The notes: generated from the sequence alone by a model not told the origin. A stretch of DNA of 64,000 nucleotides from Myxococcota bacterium (GCA_028823175.1 JAPKBZ010000008.1:1741-65740), one strand, 5' to 3'; positions 28,586-37,979 are shown, counted from the stretch's first letter. Made by a program: numbers and translations.

Positions 28586-29620
28586 TCAAGCACTGGGAGC
28601 GTCGGTCTCTTCCAGGGCATCGAAGGCTCGCTGGACGCGCGCTGCTTCGGGGTGCCCCGAGATCCGCTCGGTCATCAGCTTGCGCTGTTGCTCGGCGGCG
28701 AGTCGGGGCTGCTCCACGGTGGCCCAGTGGACGAGAGATTCCCAATACTCGTCGACAACCTGGCTCCCGGGGAGGCTCCCGCCGTCGGCGCTCCTGAGTT
28801 TGATCTGGCGGAGTTCGCCGAGGTAGAGCCGGAGGGAGCGGATATGGACAGTCTCGTCCTGCCGGATCCGGTCGACGAGCACAGCAGCATGCTCGGCCTG
28901 CTCCCGGCGAGCGCTGAAGAGATCGGGATCGCGAAGAAGGGTTTCCGCGAGCGCGAAGGCGCGCTCGGCTCGAAACTCGATGAGCAGCAGATTGAGAAGA
29001 AAGCGGATGATCCCCGCATAGGGCTCCTCGATCGACGGCGAAGGATCCTCGGAATCGGGCCGGGCGATGTTCTCGGGAACGATCGGTTCTGGATAGTCGA
29101 CTTCGCCGAAGGCGAGGTCTCGCAGGGCGAACCACATTTCGTCGTGGCCCCCGATGCCGCGCCCGGGTTCGCCGCCCTCGTCGAGGCCGTGGGATTCGAG
29201 GAGTCCCTTATGGAGATGTCCCAGCGCCATGGCGCTGATATCTTCGTGGGCCACGGCCTGGAAGTCCGGGAACTGCATCTCTGCGAGTACCCGGCCGCGG
29301 GCCTCGATATGCCCCGTGATCGTCAGGGTATTCCAGAAGCTCTGCCCCAGCCCCTCCTCGAGCAAAAGCTTCGATTGGGCTGTGCTGGGGTAGCGAATCC
29401 CCGCGAGCAGGGATGAGTCGGTGTCCATCAGGTCACCACCGCGCTCGCGCAGGGCGTCGACCCAGGCTTCGAGGGCCGGGCCGCGCACCTTCATACGCGG
29501 GGAGATGTACCGGCCGTCGGGATCAAACCCACCGTGCAGCCGTCGACCCGCTTCGACCTGGTGGGCGGCGTAGGTGTGCTCGCTCATCAACGCGCCGTGC
29601 TCAAATTGCAATGCGCTCAA
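28586..29620 (-). CDS. hypothetical protein (344 aa), helical, His/Glu-rich
   Basis: Clean ORF in the 13-nt and 30-nt gaps between gloA and the LplA-like gene. GC-rich third positions. No family recognised by eye. One ExxH (DETVH) and several His/Glu clusters. Confidence 0.6.
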   Translation of the reverse strand: MSALQFEHGALMSEHTYAAHQVEAGRRLHGGFDPDGRYISPRMKVRGPALEAWVDALRERGGDLMDTDSSLLAGIRYPSTAQSKLLLEEGLGQSFWNTLTITGHIEARGRVLAEMQFPDFQAVAHEDISAMALGHLHKGLLESHGLDEGGEPGRGIGGHDEMWFALRDLAFGEVDYPEPIVPENIARPDSEDPSPSIEEPYAGIIRFLLNLLLIEFRAERAFALAETLLRDPDLFSARREQAEHAAVLVDRIRQDETVHIRSLRLYLGELRQIKLRSADGGSLPGSQVVDEYWESLVHWATVEQPRLAAEQQRKLMTERISGHPEAARVQRAFDALEETDAPSA

Positions 29621-29633
29621 GGTCTCTGCCTTC

Positions 29634-30053
29634 CTACCATTCGCCGGAATTGGGCATCGAAGTCCAGGGTTCTTCGGGAGGCAGACTTCCCCCCTTCTGG
29701 AGGAGTTCGATGGAAATTCCGTCCGGGGAGCGAACGAAAGCCATGTGACCGTCCCGGGGAGGACGGTTGATCGTCACCCCGGCATCCATCAGCCGCTGGC
29801 AGAGTTCGAAAATATTCTCCACCTCGTAAGCGAGGTGTCCGAAATTTCGCCCGCCGGCATAGGGTTCGGGATCCCAGTTCCAGGTGAGTTCCACCTGGGC
29901 CTCGGGGTTGTCATGCGCCCCCAGGAAGACCAGGGTGAAGCGGCCCGCTTCCACATCGATGCGGCGAATTTCCTCAAGGCCGAGCTGGTTGCAGTAGAAA
30001 TCCAGGGACGCGTCGAGGTCCGTGACACGGACCATTGTATGGAGAAATCGCAT
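29634..30053 (-). CDS. gloA: lactoylglutathione lyase (glyoxalase I)
   Basis: 139 aa from ATG 30053. [20 protein letters not shown]...ELTWNW...GHLAYEV...PDGISIELL closely follows the E. coli GloA pattern. Track ORF 29634..30398 is over-extended. Confidence 0.9.
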   Translation of the reverse strand: MRFLHTMVRVTDLDASLDFYCNQLGLEEIRRIDVEAGRFTLVFLGAHDNPEAQVELTWNWDPEPYAGGRNFGHLAYEVENIFELCQRLMDAGVTINRPPRDGHMAFVRSPDGISIELLQKGGSLPPEEPWTSMPNSGEW

Positions 30054-30227
30054 CTTCGGAGTCTGGTGAACTTTGGGAGCGCTGGCTAGCTCTTTTCGTG
30101 CGACTGGGCAGCGGGCTCCGCAGATTCGGGGGCGCTTTGTGTCCGAGTGCAGCTGCGATAGTCTGGACGAGGAAATCCTTGAGGTTTTCGCCCTGTTCGA
30201 GGCGCAGTAAGGAGGCGAAAGATTAAC

Positions 30228-31403
30228 TTGCCCCTGTTTGCCGAGCTCCGGTTGGCCGATTTGGTCGATATCGTGATCGTCGCCTCCTTGATCTGGTTCG
30301 TGATCGTGTGGTTTCGAACCTCCCAAGCCCGGCTGGCCCTGATGGGATTGGCTGCTCTGGGAGCGCTCTTCGGCCTGGCCCGGGGTCTTGAACTCCAATT
30401 GACTTCAAGCTTGCTTCAGGGCTTCTTCGCCGTGCTCGCGGTGATGTTGGTGGTGGTGTTCCAGGACGACCTGCGGCGACTCTTTGAGGGAATCGCGGTC
30501 TGGGGCCTCCGCCGAGGGGCGCCGCATCCGCCCCCGGATGTCGAACGCTCCCTGGTCAGGGCCCTTTTCTATCTGGCCGAGCGCCGAGTGGGCGCGCTGG
30601 TCATCCTGCCCGGTCGCGAGCCGATGGATCGGCACCTCGATGGTGGGGTGCATCTCGACGGCCGGCTGTCCGAGGAATTGGTCCTGAGCCTCTTCGATCC
30701 CCAGACCCCGGGGCACGACGGGGCGGTGCTCGTCCAAGCGAATCGACTGTTGCGCTTTGGGGTCCACCTACCCTTGTCGACGGATTGGGATCGGCTGGGG
30801 GGAGGCGGGACTCGCCACGCCGCGGCCCTCGGTTTGGCCGAGCGTTGCGACGCCCTCTGCCTCGTCGTCTCAGAGGAGCGGGGCGAGGTTTCCGTGGCCC
30901 AGGGCGGCGAAATTCGCGTGATCTCGAACCCCGACGAACTCGCGCGAGTGCTGCGGGATTTTATCGCGAGGACCACCCGCCCGGGCGGTCCCTCGGACGG
31001 CCGCGACCTCGCGGGAAAATTGCGTTCGGGGTGGCGCGAGGGTGTGCTCGCATTCGGTCTGGCGACGGCGGTCTGGTACGTGGCGGTGCCGGGCGGAGCG
31101 GTCGAGATCATGGAGCGCCGGGTGCCCGTCAAGGTCGAGAACCTGCCCGAAGGCTTTGAGCTGGTCTCCGTGAACCCCGCCGACGTGGCCCTTCGCCTCG
31201 AGGGGTTGCGCCGAGATCTCTATCTCGCGGGTTCCGACGATCTCTCGGTGCGCGTCGATGCCCTACTGGTTCAACTCGGGCGGCGAACCTTCGCTCTGGA
31301 CCTCTCTCAGGTCGTCAGCCCCGAGGGCATTCGGGCGCTCTCCCTGGCGCCCTCGAAAGTCAGGATCTCGGTGAGAAGAGTCGGAGAGACCCCCTCCGAA
31401 TAG
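30228..31403 (+). CDS. cdaA: diadenylate cyclase CdaA fused to a C-terminal TM plus YbbR-like domain
   Basis: TTG start with AAGGAGG 13 nt upstream. Three N-terminal TM helices. DAC motifs [32 protein letters not shown]. Then a fourth TM ([15 protein letters not shown]) and a YbbR-like beta-domain ([30 protein letters not shown]...). Confidence 0.8.
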   Translation: MPLFAELRLADLVDIVIVASLIWFVIVWFRTSQARLALMGLAALGALFGLARGLELQLTSSLLQGFFAVLAVMLVVVFQDDLRRLFEGIAVWGLRRGAPHPPPDVERSLVRALFYLAERRVGALVILPGREPMDRHLDGGVHLDGRLSEELVLSLFDPQTPGHDGAVLVQANRLLRFGVHLPLSTDWDRLGGGGTRHAAALGLAERCDALCLVVSEERGEVSVAQGGEIRVISNPDELARVLRDFIARTTRPGGPSDGRDLAGKLRSGWREGVLAFGLATAVWYVAVPGGAVEIMERRVPVKVENLPEGFELVSVNPADVALRLEGLRRDLYLAGSDDLSVRVDALLVQLGRRTFALDLSQVVSPEGIRALSLAPSKVRISVRRVGETPSE

Positions 31404-31404
31404 G

Positions 31405-31430
31405 GGGCTCCGCGCTTCGAGGGAGGAGCC
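31405..31430. terminator. possible bidirectional stem-loop between convergent cdaA and RND genes
   Basis: GGCTCC-N13-GGAGCC fills the 28-nt convergent gap. No clear U-tract. Confidence 0.2.
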
Positions 31431-31431
31431 T

Positions 31432-34074
31432 TCAGGCTTTTGCGGTGCGGAGCTCGAGTAGCGCGGGCAGCAGCACGAGCACCGAGGCCACGGTGTAGAA
31501 GAGGCCGAAGCAGAGCATGATGCCCAGCCCCTTGAGCCCGTTGTGTCCGGCTAGGGCGAGGCTTCCGAAACTGACGCCGGTGGTGACGGCGCTGTAGAAG
31601 ACTGCCCGTGCGGTCGCGGTCTCGAGCAGGCCTCCGACCGCATCCTGCAACTCCCTCGAGCGCTGGACAAGGTGGATGGCGCTGTCCACGCCAATGCCAA
31701 AAACCAGGGGGATCACCACTATGTTGGTGAAGTCTAAGCGGATATCCAGGACGGCCGCGGTGGCGCCGGTCAGACCCGCGCCAAGGCAGAGGGGGACCAG
31801 AACGATCAGCACGTCCGAGAGTCGGCGCCAAAGAACGAAGAGGAGCAGTGCGATGATGATCAGGGCCGAGAGCAGTGCCTGGCTGAAGGAGGAACTGATG
31901 ACATCGCCGAATTCCACCAGGTTCAGGGGGACTCCGGCGGCGTTGGGTGATTGCGCCTGAACCGCGGAGACAAAGCTCCGCATGGCTTCCCCGTCCCCCA
32001 ATTGGCTGGCAGGGTAGACCTGGAGCCGGGCGGTGCCGTCTTCCGCCAGCATGCGCTCGCGAAGTCGCTCGGGGATGTCGTCCAAGGTGACGGTGTCCGC
32101 GGCCAGGGCGGTGCGCATGCGCTGGAGGTGTTCGGGGAAGGGTTTAAGAAGGACCGCCTCGAGCTCGGCGAGGGCCTCGGGTACGCGGTCCTGTTCCTGG
32201 GCGCGGCCGAGGAAGACGGAGAGATGCTCTTGCAGTCGTTCCATGCTCAGGGCCAGGGGAGCGCTGCCGCCTATTCGGATCGTTTCGCCCAGGGAGTCAT
32301 GAAGGTCCTGTAGCGCGCGGATCTGCTCCTCCACGGGTGGCGAGGGCTGGCCGTACCGAATTGTGGTGGGCTGTTCGAAGAGGAAATTGACGTCCTCGAG
32401 GATCTCGATTTTCTCGTCCTGTTCGGTGGGAATGAAGGAGTTCAGCGTGATGACCCGGTCGACCTCATCGAGGGACCCCAGGCTCTCGGCCAGAGTCTGC
32501 GCCGTTGCCAGATCGGGGACCAACACGTTGAGGTACCAGGGAGATGTGGTCGAGTGGGCGAGCAGATCCTTGAAGGCGATGACCGATTCCGTTTTGGGGT
32601 CGCGCATCTCGACGACATTGGCGTCGAAACGAAGGCCGGGGAGGAGTAACGCGGCGACGATGGCCAGGACTCCCGCCGTCCGTCGAATGGCCCTGGGGTG
32701 CTCTCCGATTCGCCGCCAGAAATGGGTGCGAAAATGGACCGGAGCGCGCAGTTCGAGCGCTGGGTCGACGCGGAGGCCTCGGCTGAGCAGCGCCGGGAGG
32801 AAGCTCAGGGTGAGGAAGAGGATGATGAACATCCCGGTGCCGGCGATCAGGCCGAGTTCGGAGACTCCCCGGTAATCCGTGGGCACGAAGACGTAGAAGC
32901 CGATGGCGGTGGTCAGAGTGCAGAAGACCAAGGCCGTTCCCACCTGGCCGGCCGCTTCGCGCAGGGCCAGGGCTGGAGCGTCTCCGGCCCTAATTCGGTG
33001 GGCGTAGCCCGTGCCCAGGTGAATTCCGAAATCGGCCCCCAGCCCGATGAAGAGGATCGCGAAGGTGATGGAGAGGGGGTTGAGGGTTCCGATGGCCGCC
33101 GCCGTGAAGGCCGCGGTCCAGATCAGTCCCACCAGGAGGGTTAAGAGGGTAGCGATGACGATTTTGACCGAGCGCAGGGCCCGATAGAGGATGAGGGCGA
33201 CCAGGATGAAACAAAAGACGCCGGCGACGCCGACATCCCAGGCGATTCCGATCATTTCGTCGTAGTTGAGCGCGGGGTTGCCGGTGACGCGAACCGAGAC
33301 TCCGCGCTCGGGCAGGAGTTCAAGGTGCTCGGCGGCGGCACGAATCGCCGCGATGGGTCGCCGGCCCGTGAGGATATCGGCATAGTCGAGGATCGGGTGG
33401 ACGACGATGACCCGACGGTGGGAGATATCCAGGGAGGAGTCTCGAAGCAGGAGTTCCTCCCAGGACACGGCGACGGGGTGTTCGTCTCCGGCGCGTACGG
33501 TGGCTTCGCTTAGCCGGTCGAGCACCTGAGCCCAATCGCCGCTCGACGTCTCTCCGCCGCTGAGGTTCAGGCCCTCGCGAACGATTCGCGCGAGGTTGCC
33601 GATGCTCGGATCCTGTTCGAGTTGGGTGAGGAGGGGTTGGACCCGAGCCATCTGATCGGCGAAATCGTCGATTTCGTCCACGCTGCGGTAGAGAAGGCCG
33701 TGGCTTTCGAAGAACTCGCCGGCGCCGGGCTGGTAAGCCTCGGTGATCACCTCGGGGTATTCATTCAGCTGGATGGTGAGCCGGGCGGCGGCCTCGCGGG
33801 CGAGTTCGGGGGTCTGGGCGTCGACCACCACAAAGATGGCTTCCTCGAGATTGGGAAATTTCTCGATGAAGGCCTCGTGCGCTTTTCGTGAGGGCAGATC
33901 CGTGGGAACCAGGCTCACGTTGTCCGAGTTGATGCCCAGGTTGAGGACGGTGTAGACCCCGAGCCCGAGGGTCAGAAGGCTGATGATCCAAATCACGCTC
34001 CGGGCCCGGAGTCGAATGAAATCGACCCAGCGCGCCAGAAATTTGGCGATGACTCCGTCGATACGATTTTGCAT
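31432..34074 (-). CDS. RND/MMPL-superfamily exporter (HpnN-like lipid transporter architecture)
   Basis: 880 aa from ATG 34074. Two repeats of a large soluble loop followed by ~5-6 TM helices. The track ORF runs 125 codons further upstream through Arg/Pro-rich sequence, which I trimmed. The HpnN resemblance is from memory. Confidence 0.75.
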   Translation of the reverse strand: MQNRIDGVIAKFLARWVDFIRLRARSVIWIISLLTLGLGVYTVLNLGINSDNVSLVPTDLPSRKAHEAFIEKFPNLEEAIFVVVDAQTPELAREAAARLTIQLNEYPEVITEAYQPGAGEFFESHGLLYRSVDEIDDFADQMARVQPLLTQLEQDPSIGNLARIVREGLNLSGGETSSGDWAQVLDRLSEATVRAGDEHPVAVSWEELLLRDSSLDISHRRVIVVHPILDYADILTGRRPIAAIRAAAEHLELLPERGVSVRVTGNPALNYDEMIGIAWDVGVAGVFCFILVALILYRALRSVKIVIATLLTLLVGLIWTAAFTAAAIGTLNPLSITFAILFIGLGADFGIHLGTGYAHRIRAGDAPALALREAAGQVGTALVFCTLTTAIGFYVFVPTDYRGVSELGLIAGTGMFIILFLTLSFLPALLSRGLRVDPALELRAPVHFRTHFWRRIGEHPRAIRRTAGVLAIVAALLLPGLRFDANVVEMRDPKTESVIAFKDLLAHSTTSPWYLNVLVPDLATAQTLAESLGSLDEVDRVITLNSFIPTEQDEKIEILEDVNFLFEQPTTIRYGQPSPPVEEQIRALQDLHDSLGETIRIGGSAPLALSMERLQEHLSVFLGRAQEQDRVPEALAELEAVLLKPFPEHLQRMRTALAADTVTLDDIPERLRERMLAEDGTARLQVYPASQLGDGEAMRSFVSAVQAQSPNAAGVPLNLVEFGDVISSSFSQALLSALIIIALLLFVLWRRLSDVLIVLVPLCLGAGLTGATAAVLDIRLDFTNIVVIPLVFGIGVDSAIHLVQRSRELQDAVGGLLETATARAVFYSAVTTGVSFGSLALAGHNGLKGLGIMLCFGLFYTVASVLVLLPALLELRTAKA

Positions 34075-34256
34075 ACAGTCCGGGGCTGGCGTTTCGGGCG
34101 GCGGGCCGGAACGCGGAGCGGCCGAACCATAATCCAGCGGGGAGCGTCCTGCATGGGTGATCCAAGTTTCCGGTGGACCCGGGCCGAGGGGAGCGGTAAT
34201 TTCGGCGCGATGCCACAGGGGCGGCGGGAGCCCGTCCCCACCCGAGGAGGGATAAA

Positions 34257-35141
34257 TTGCCCAGCCCGAACCCCCGACGCTGGCTACCCCTTGTGCGGCT
34301 CTTGCCCAAGAGCCTGCTCTCCCACGCCGCGGGAATCGTCGCCGGGCTGAATTTGCCCCGTCCGCTGCGCGCGCCCGCCTACCGGGCGTTCGGGCGGGCC
34401 GTGGGGGTCGACTTTTCCGAACTGCGCGACCCCCTGGCCGACCATGCATCGCTCCAAGCCTTTTTTACCCGGGCCCTGGCCGATGGCGTTCGTCCCCTCG
34501 CCCCCGGTGAGGATACCCTGGTGGCTCCTTGCGACGGAGCCTGGGGCCAGGCGGGTCGGATCGAAGACGGGACCCTTCTCCAGGTTAAGGGGCGCGAGTA
34601 TCGCCTCGCCGAGTTGATTCGCGACGAGGCTCTGGCCCGGAGCATGGAGGGGGGCCAGTATGCGACCTTCTACCTCGCGCCCCGGGATTACCACCGCTTC
34701 CATGCGCCCTGCGCCGGCTTCGTGACCCGAGTGGCCCACGTCCCCGGTTCCCTCTGGCCCGTCAACGCCATCGGCCTTCAGGGCATCGACCGTCTTTTTG
34801 CTCGCAACGAGCGGATCTGCGCGTATCTGAACTTGGCCGGGACGGTCGGCCCCCGGGCGGACCTGTGCCTGGTGGCGGTGGGGGCGACCCTCGTCGGCAA
34901 GATTCGGCTCCGCTTCGACGACCTCAGTTCTCATCGTCGGGGAGCCGAGCCCAGCGAGCGCGCGTACCCCGATCCCGGTATCGGTCTCGAGCGCGGGGCG
35001 GAATGGGGCCACTTCGAGTTCGGATCGACCCTCGTGATGGCCGGCCGCGCTGGAGCCTTCGAACTCGACGTTCGCGAGCCGGGCACCCCGGTGCGGATGG
35101 GCGAGCGGATCGGTCGTTTTCACCCGGCCGGGTCGAGTTGA
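34257..35141 (+). CDS. psd: phosphatidylserine decarboxylase proenzyme
   Basis: TTG 34257 preceded by GAGGAGG. DYHRFHAP motif and the self-cleavage motif FGST near the C-terminus. Confidence 0.85.
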   Translation: MPSPNPRRWLPLVRLLPKSLLSHAAGIVAGLNLPRPLRAPAYRAFGRAVGVDFSELRDPLADHASLQAFFTRALADGVRPLAPGEDTLVAPCDGAWGQAGRIEDGTLLQVKGREYRLAELIRDEALARSMEGGQYATFYLAPRDYHRFHAPCAGFVTRVAHVPGSLWPVNAIGLQGIDRLFARNERICAYLNLAGTVGPRADLCLVAVGATLVGKIRLRFDDLSSHRRGAEPSERAYPDPGIGLERGAEWGHFEFGSTLVMAGRAGAFELDVREPGTPVRMGERIGRFHPAGSS

Positions 35142-35779
35142 TCCGCCGGGCGCGGGGCCGGGGCCTCTGGGCGACCCTCTTGGGGGCCATCCTTGTGGCC
35201 CTGGTGTGCTGGGGGAGCGGGTGTGCGACGGGGCCGCCTTCGGATCCCGATAACCTGTGCTCGATCTTCCGTCAGCGGACGGGTTGGTATCGCGCGAGCC
35301 GCGCCTCGGCCGAGCGTTGGGGTGTGCCCGAGGCGGTGCAGCTCGCCATCATCCATCAGGAATCGCGATTCATCGCGGATGCCCGGCCGCCACGCGGGCG
35401 ATTCCTCTGGATCTTCCCGGGGTCGCGCCCCTCGAGCGCCTATGGCTATGGCCAGATCTTGGACGGAACCTGGGAGGAGTACCGTCGCAGCGTGGGGCGG
35501 AGCGGCGCTTCCCGGGATGATTTCGGGGACGTCGTGGATTTCATCGGCTGGTACGGCAGCCGAGCGCACCGCCGGGTAGGGATCGCATGGAACGACGCCG
35601 GCGCCCTTTACCTGGCCTATCACGAGGGGATCGGCGGCTACTCCCGGGGCAGTCATACCGAGAAGGCGTGGCTACTGCCCGTGGCCTGGAAGGTCGATGC
35701 CCGGGCCCGCCGCTACCAGACCCAATACGACGGTTGCCGAAAGAGTCTGGAGCGCAAGCGCTTCCTCGGGATCTTCTAG
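35138..35779 (+). CDS. lytic-transglycosylase (SLT-like) lipoprotein
   Basis: Probable TTG start overlapping the psd stop (TTGA). Signal/lipobox ...LVALVCWGSGC. SLT-type motifs IIHQESRF and AYGYGQILDGTWEEY. Track ORF 34865.. is over-extended. Confidence 0.6.
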   Translation: MIRRARGRGLWATLLGAILVALVCWGSGCATGPPSDPDNLCSIFRQRTGWYRASRASAERWGVPEAVQLAIIHQESRFIADARPPRGRFLWIFPGSRPSSAYGYGQILDGTWEEYRRSVGRSGASRDDFGDVVDFIGWYGSRAHRRVGIAWNDAGALYLAYHEGIGGYSRGSHTEKAWLLPVAWKVDARARRYQTQYDGCRKSLERKRFLGIF

Positions 35780-35812
35780 ACCGTGGGATGAGCGACCGTG
35801 CCCGGCCGGGGA

Positions 35813-37384
35813 TCAGGTTGCCAGGCGGGTTCCCAGGACTCTTTCCTCGAGGACGGGCCGCGCCAATTCGATCCAGCGGCAGAGCGTTGGGCGGGTGTCC
35901 CGGGGATCGATTAGGTCGTGAACCCCGAACGCCTCGGCCCGGGCGTAGGGGTTCTGCCTGCCCAGGAATTGAGATTCGAGTTCGAGGCGCCGGGCCTCGG
36001 GGTCCGGGGCGGCTTCGATTTCGCGTCGGAACGCCACGGCCACGCCCCCCTCGATGGGAAGGGCGCCGCCCTCCGCCGAAGGCCAGGCGTAGATCTCGCC
36101 GCTCGGGCCGAAATGAGCGGCGGCCGCGACGCCGTAGGTTTTGCGGACGATCACGGAAACCCAGGGAACCCGGGAGCGCACCGTGGCGCAGATCGCTTCG
36201 ACCCCGTAACGGATGGTGGCTGCCTTCTCCGACGCCGAGCCGATCATGAAGCCCGGCTCGTCGACTAGGGCAACCATGGGCAGGTGGAAGCGATCGCAGA
36301 GTTCGATGAAGCGCCGCACCTTCTGGGCGCCGTGGGCGGTCATGGAACCGCCGTAGAAGCGGGGGTCGTTGGCCCATATGCCCACCGGCCAGCCGTTCAT
36401 GCGGGCGAGCCCGGTGATCTGGGAGCGGCCGTAGAGCGCGGTCATTTCGAAGAAGGAGTCACGGTCGACGACGGCGTTGATCACCTTCCGCATCTTGTAG
36501 ATCTTGCGACGCTCCCGGGGGACGAGGTCGAGCAGCGACTCCTCCCGGCGTTGGGGATCGTCGAAATCGGCCGCGTCCGGGTTCGATCGGGTGGGCATCT
36601 CCGAGGTGTTGCGCGGTAGGTAGGAGAGGAAGCCTCGGATCTGTTCCATTACGCCGGCCTCATCCTCGGCCACGTTGTCCACCAGTCCGCTCCGCAGGTG
36701 AATCGCGGCGCCGCCGAGTTCTTCCTTGGTCATTTTTTCGCCCAGGGCGCGCTCCACCACCGCCGGACCGGCCACCAGGACCTGGGAGGTATGGCGCGTC
36801 ATGACGGTGAAGTGGGACGCGGCCAGGCGTGCTGCGGGCAGTCCCGCGACGGCGCCGACCGCAGCGCTGACGACCGGGGCGCTCTCGAGAACATCGGCCA
36901 TGGACTTGAAACGGGAGGGCGCATAGACCGGGTCGCCCATGGGCCGGGGAGCCGACGTGCCCTTGCCGCCGGTCCCGGTGACGCTGCCCCCGCCCCCTTC
37001 GAGAAAACGAATGAGGGGCAGGCGATAGCGCAGCGCGACTTCTTCGGCGTAGACGCTCTTGCGCAGGCCCGAAGGGGTGGGGGAGCCGCCGCGCTGGGTG
37101 AAATCTTCTCCCCCCATGGCGCAGGGCCGGCCATCGACCTGCCCGATCCCGAGAACGTAATTGCCCGGGGTGAATTGCTGAAGCTCACCGTTCTCGTCGA
37201 GCTCGCCATGGCCTGCCATGGGGCCTTCCTCTTGGAAGGTGCCGGAATCCGCCAGGGCGTTCACCCGCTCTCGGATCGTCATTCGACCGCGCTCGTGCTG
37301 CCGAGCGACCGCGTCGGCTCCCCCCATCTCCTGGGCGAGGGTGCGGCGCTGTGCGATGCCATCGACCTCTTTTTTCCAGCTCAT
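35813..37384 (-). CDS. acyl-CoA carboxylase carboxyltransferase (beta) subunit
   Basis: 523 aa. Two carboxyltransferase half-domains (...AMGGEDFTQRGGS..., ...GGSMTAHGAQKVRRFIELCDRFHLPMVALVDEPGFMIG...). Propionyl-/methylmalonyl-CoA carboxyltransferase family. Confidence 0.9.
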   Translation of the reverse strand: MSWKKEVDGIAQRRTLAQEMGGADAVARQHERGRMTIRERVNALADSGTFQEEGPMAGHGELDENGELQQFTPGNYVLGIGQVDGRPCAMGGEDFTQRGGSPTPSGLRKSVYAEEVALRYRLPLIRFLEGGGGSVTGTGGKGTSAPRPMGDPVYAPSRFKSMADVLESAPVVSAAVGAVAGLPAARLAASHFTVMTRHTSQVLVAGPAVVERALGEKMTKEELGGAAIHLRSGLVDNVAEDEAGVMEQIRGFLSYLPRNTSEMPTRSNPDAADFDDPQRREESLLDLVPRERRKIYKMRKVINAVVDRDSFFEMTALYGRSQITGLARMNGWPVGIWANDPRFYGGSMTAHGAQKVRRFIELCDRFHLPMVALVDEPGFMIGSASEKAATIRYGVEAICATVRSRVPWVSVIVRKTYGVAAAAHFGPSGEIYAWPSAEGGALPIEGGVAVAFRREIEAAPDPEARRLELESQFLGRQNPYARAEAFGVHDLIDPRDTRPTLCRWIELARPVLEERVLGTRLAT

Positions 37385-37396
37385 GTTCTTTCCTTT

Positions 37397-37450
37397 CGTC
37401 CCGTTCCCGTTCCCGTTCCCGTTCCCGTTCCCGTTCCCGGTCCTGTTCTC
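37397..37450. repeat. hexanucleotide microsatellite: (GTTCCC)6 perfect, with degenerate flanking units
   Basis: Perfect units at 37403-37438. Degenerate units: CGTCCC at 37397-402, GGTCCT at 37439-44, GTTCTC at 37445-50. Reads (GGGAAC)n on the coding (minus) strand. Ends 18 nt upstream of the carboxyltransferase ATG. Confidence 0.95.
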
Positions 37451-37490
37451 GATTTCGCTCGGGCTCCGGGTTTGAGGCCAGCCCGGCGGC

Positions 37491-37979
37491 CTAGAAAAGC
37501 TCGATCTCGCAATGGAGTCTTGTCAGGTCGACCACGCCCACGCGGTTTTGCCCGGAGATCATGCCCGCGCATTCGCCGGGGTTGAAGACCAAGGTGTCGC
37601 CGACCCATTCGTGTCGATAGAGGTGAGTATGGCCATGGATTCCCAGAGTATGATGGGGGGCCAGATGCGCCTCGAGATCCAGGGGATCGTGGGCGACGAG
37701 GATGCGTTGGTCGGCCCACTGCAACTCGAGCGGGCCGTCCGCCAGTGCGATGCCGTGTTCCTCGGCGGCCTGGGCCAGGCCGCTGCGCTCTCCGTGATCG
37801 TTGTTTCCGTACACGGCGTGAACGGGCATGGACAGGGCGGCGAGGGCGGAGAGAACCTTGGGCTGGGTGATATCCCCGGTGTGGACGACGCGTTCCACAC
37901 GCCGCCGCTCGAAGATTTCGATCATCTTCGCCACGTTGGCCAAGTTGTTGTGCGTATCGCCAAGAATTCCGATCAGCAT
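37491..37979 (-). CDS. metallophosphoesterase (YfcE/MJ0936-type)
   Basis: 162 aa from ATG 37979. Calcineurin-like motifs GDTHNN, HTGDIT, GNNDH, HGHTH. Confidence 0.8.
   Translation of the reverse strand: MLIGILGDTHNNLANVAKMIEIFERRRVERVVHTGDITQPKVLSALAALSMPVHAVYGNNDHGERSGLAQAAEEHGIALADGPLELQWADQRILVAHDPLDLEAHLAPHHTLGIHGHTHLYRHEWVGDTLVFNPGECAGMISGQNRVGVVDLTRLHCEIELF

Noticed and set aside
26472-29416. 600-aa minus ORF 26472..28274 and 538-aa plus ORF 27800..29416
   Set aside because: They overlap the esterase, the LplA-like gene and the 344-aa orphan gene on the opposite strand or frame. The accepted genes have family motifs or better start contexts, and these translations are low-complexity.
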